From Vicugna vicugna (taxonomy: Eukaryota), in assembly GCA_013265495.1 (NCBI GenBank), contig MU058717.1, forward strand, positions 239,890-277,662: a DNA stretch of 37,773 nt, written 5' to 3'. Of this stretch, positions 37,684 to 37,773 are shown one piece after another. Each line of letters begins with the position of its first letter. Position 1 is the stretch's first letter. Position numbers and translations under genes: made by a program. Under the pieces are notes generated by a model. It did no database searches and was not told where the DNA came from. It saw nothing but the letters and a program-made list of their open reading frames with translations.

Positions 37684-37773
37684 CCACAACAAATGCGCAG
37701 GGACCTGCCTGTTTCTTTCCCAGTGCTTGGGATCATTGAGCACCTGGCGCAGACCCCAGAGCGCACCCCCCCC

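Overview
Mammalian genomic DNA, most likely a camelid: it has two tRNA-derived Vic-1-like SINEs and no recognisable Alu, Bov or PRE-1 SINEs. The window covers the centre of the epididymal/testicular WFDC (WAP four-disulfide core)/Kunitz protease-inhibitor cluster. I assembled spliced gene models by hand from GT-AG junctions and reading phase. They are EPPIN exon 1 (minus; the rest lies left of the window), WFDC8 (minus, five in-frame exons: signal peptide, WAP, Kunitz, WAP, WAP; first exon uncertain), an intact 88-aa WFDC9 (minus, with three putative upstream 5'UTR exons carrying a spliced uORF) and an intact 79-aa WFDC10A-like gene (plus). The ORF track misses a four-exon WFDC9-paralogous gene between WFDC8 and WFDC9 (minus, ~24970-28180), at the position where I recall mouse Wfdc16 lying. 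It carries a 1-nt frameshift, a Cys-to-Gly change and a probably lost donor, but nearby alternative splice sites could restore a 7-Cys WAP protein. A second, much more decayed WFDC-like relic may lie at ~34700-35345 (plus). The rest is mostly repeats (L1, L2, MIR, LTRs, hAT/MER, microsatellites), plus an internally deleted L1 and a near-identical 220-bp tandem duplication. Orthologue names rest on recalled human/mouse protein sequences and gene order; no database search was run.
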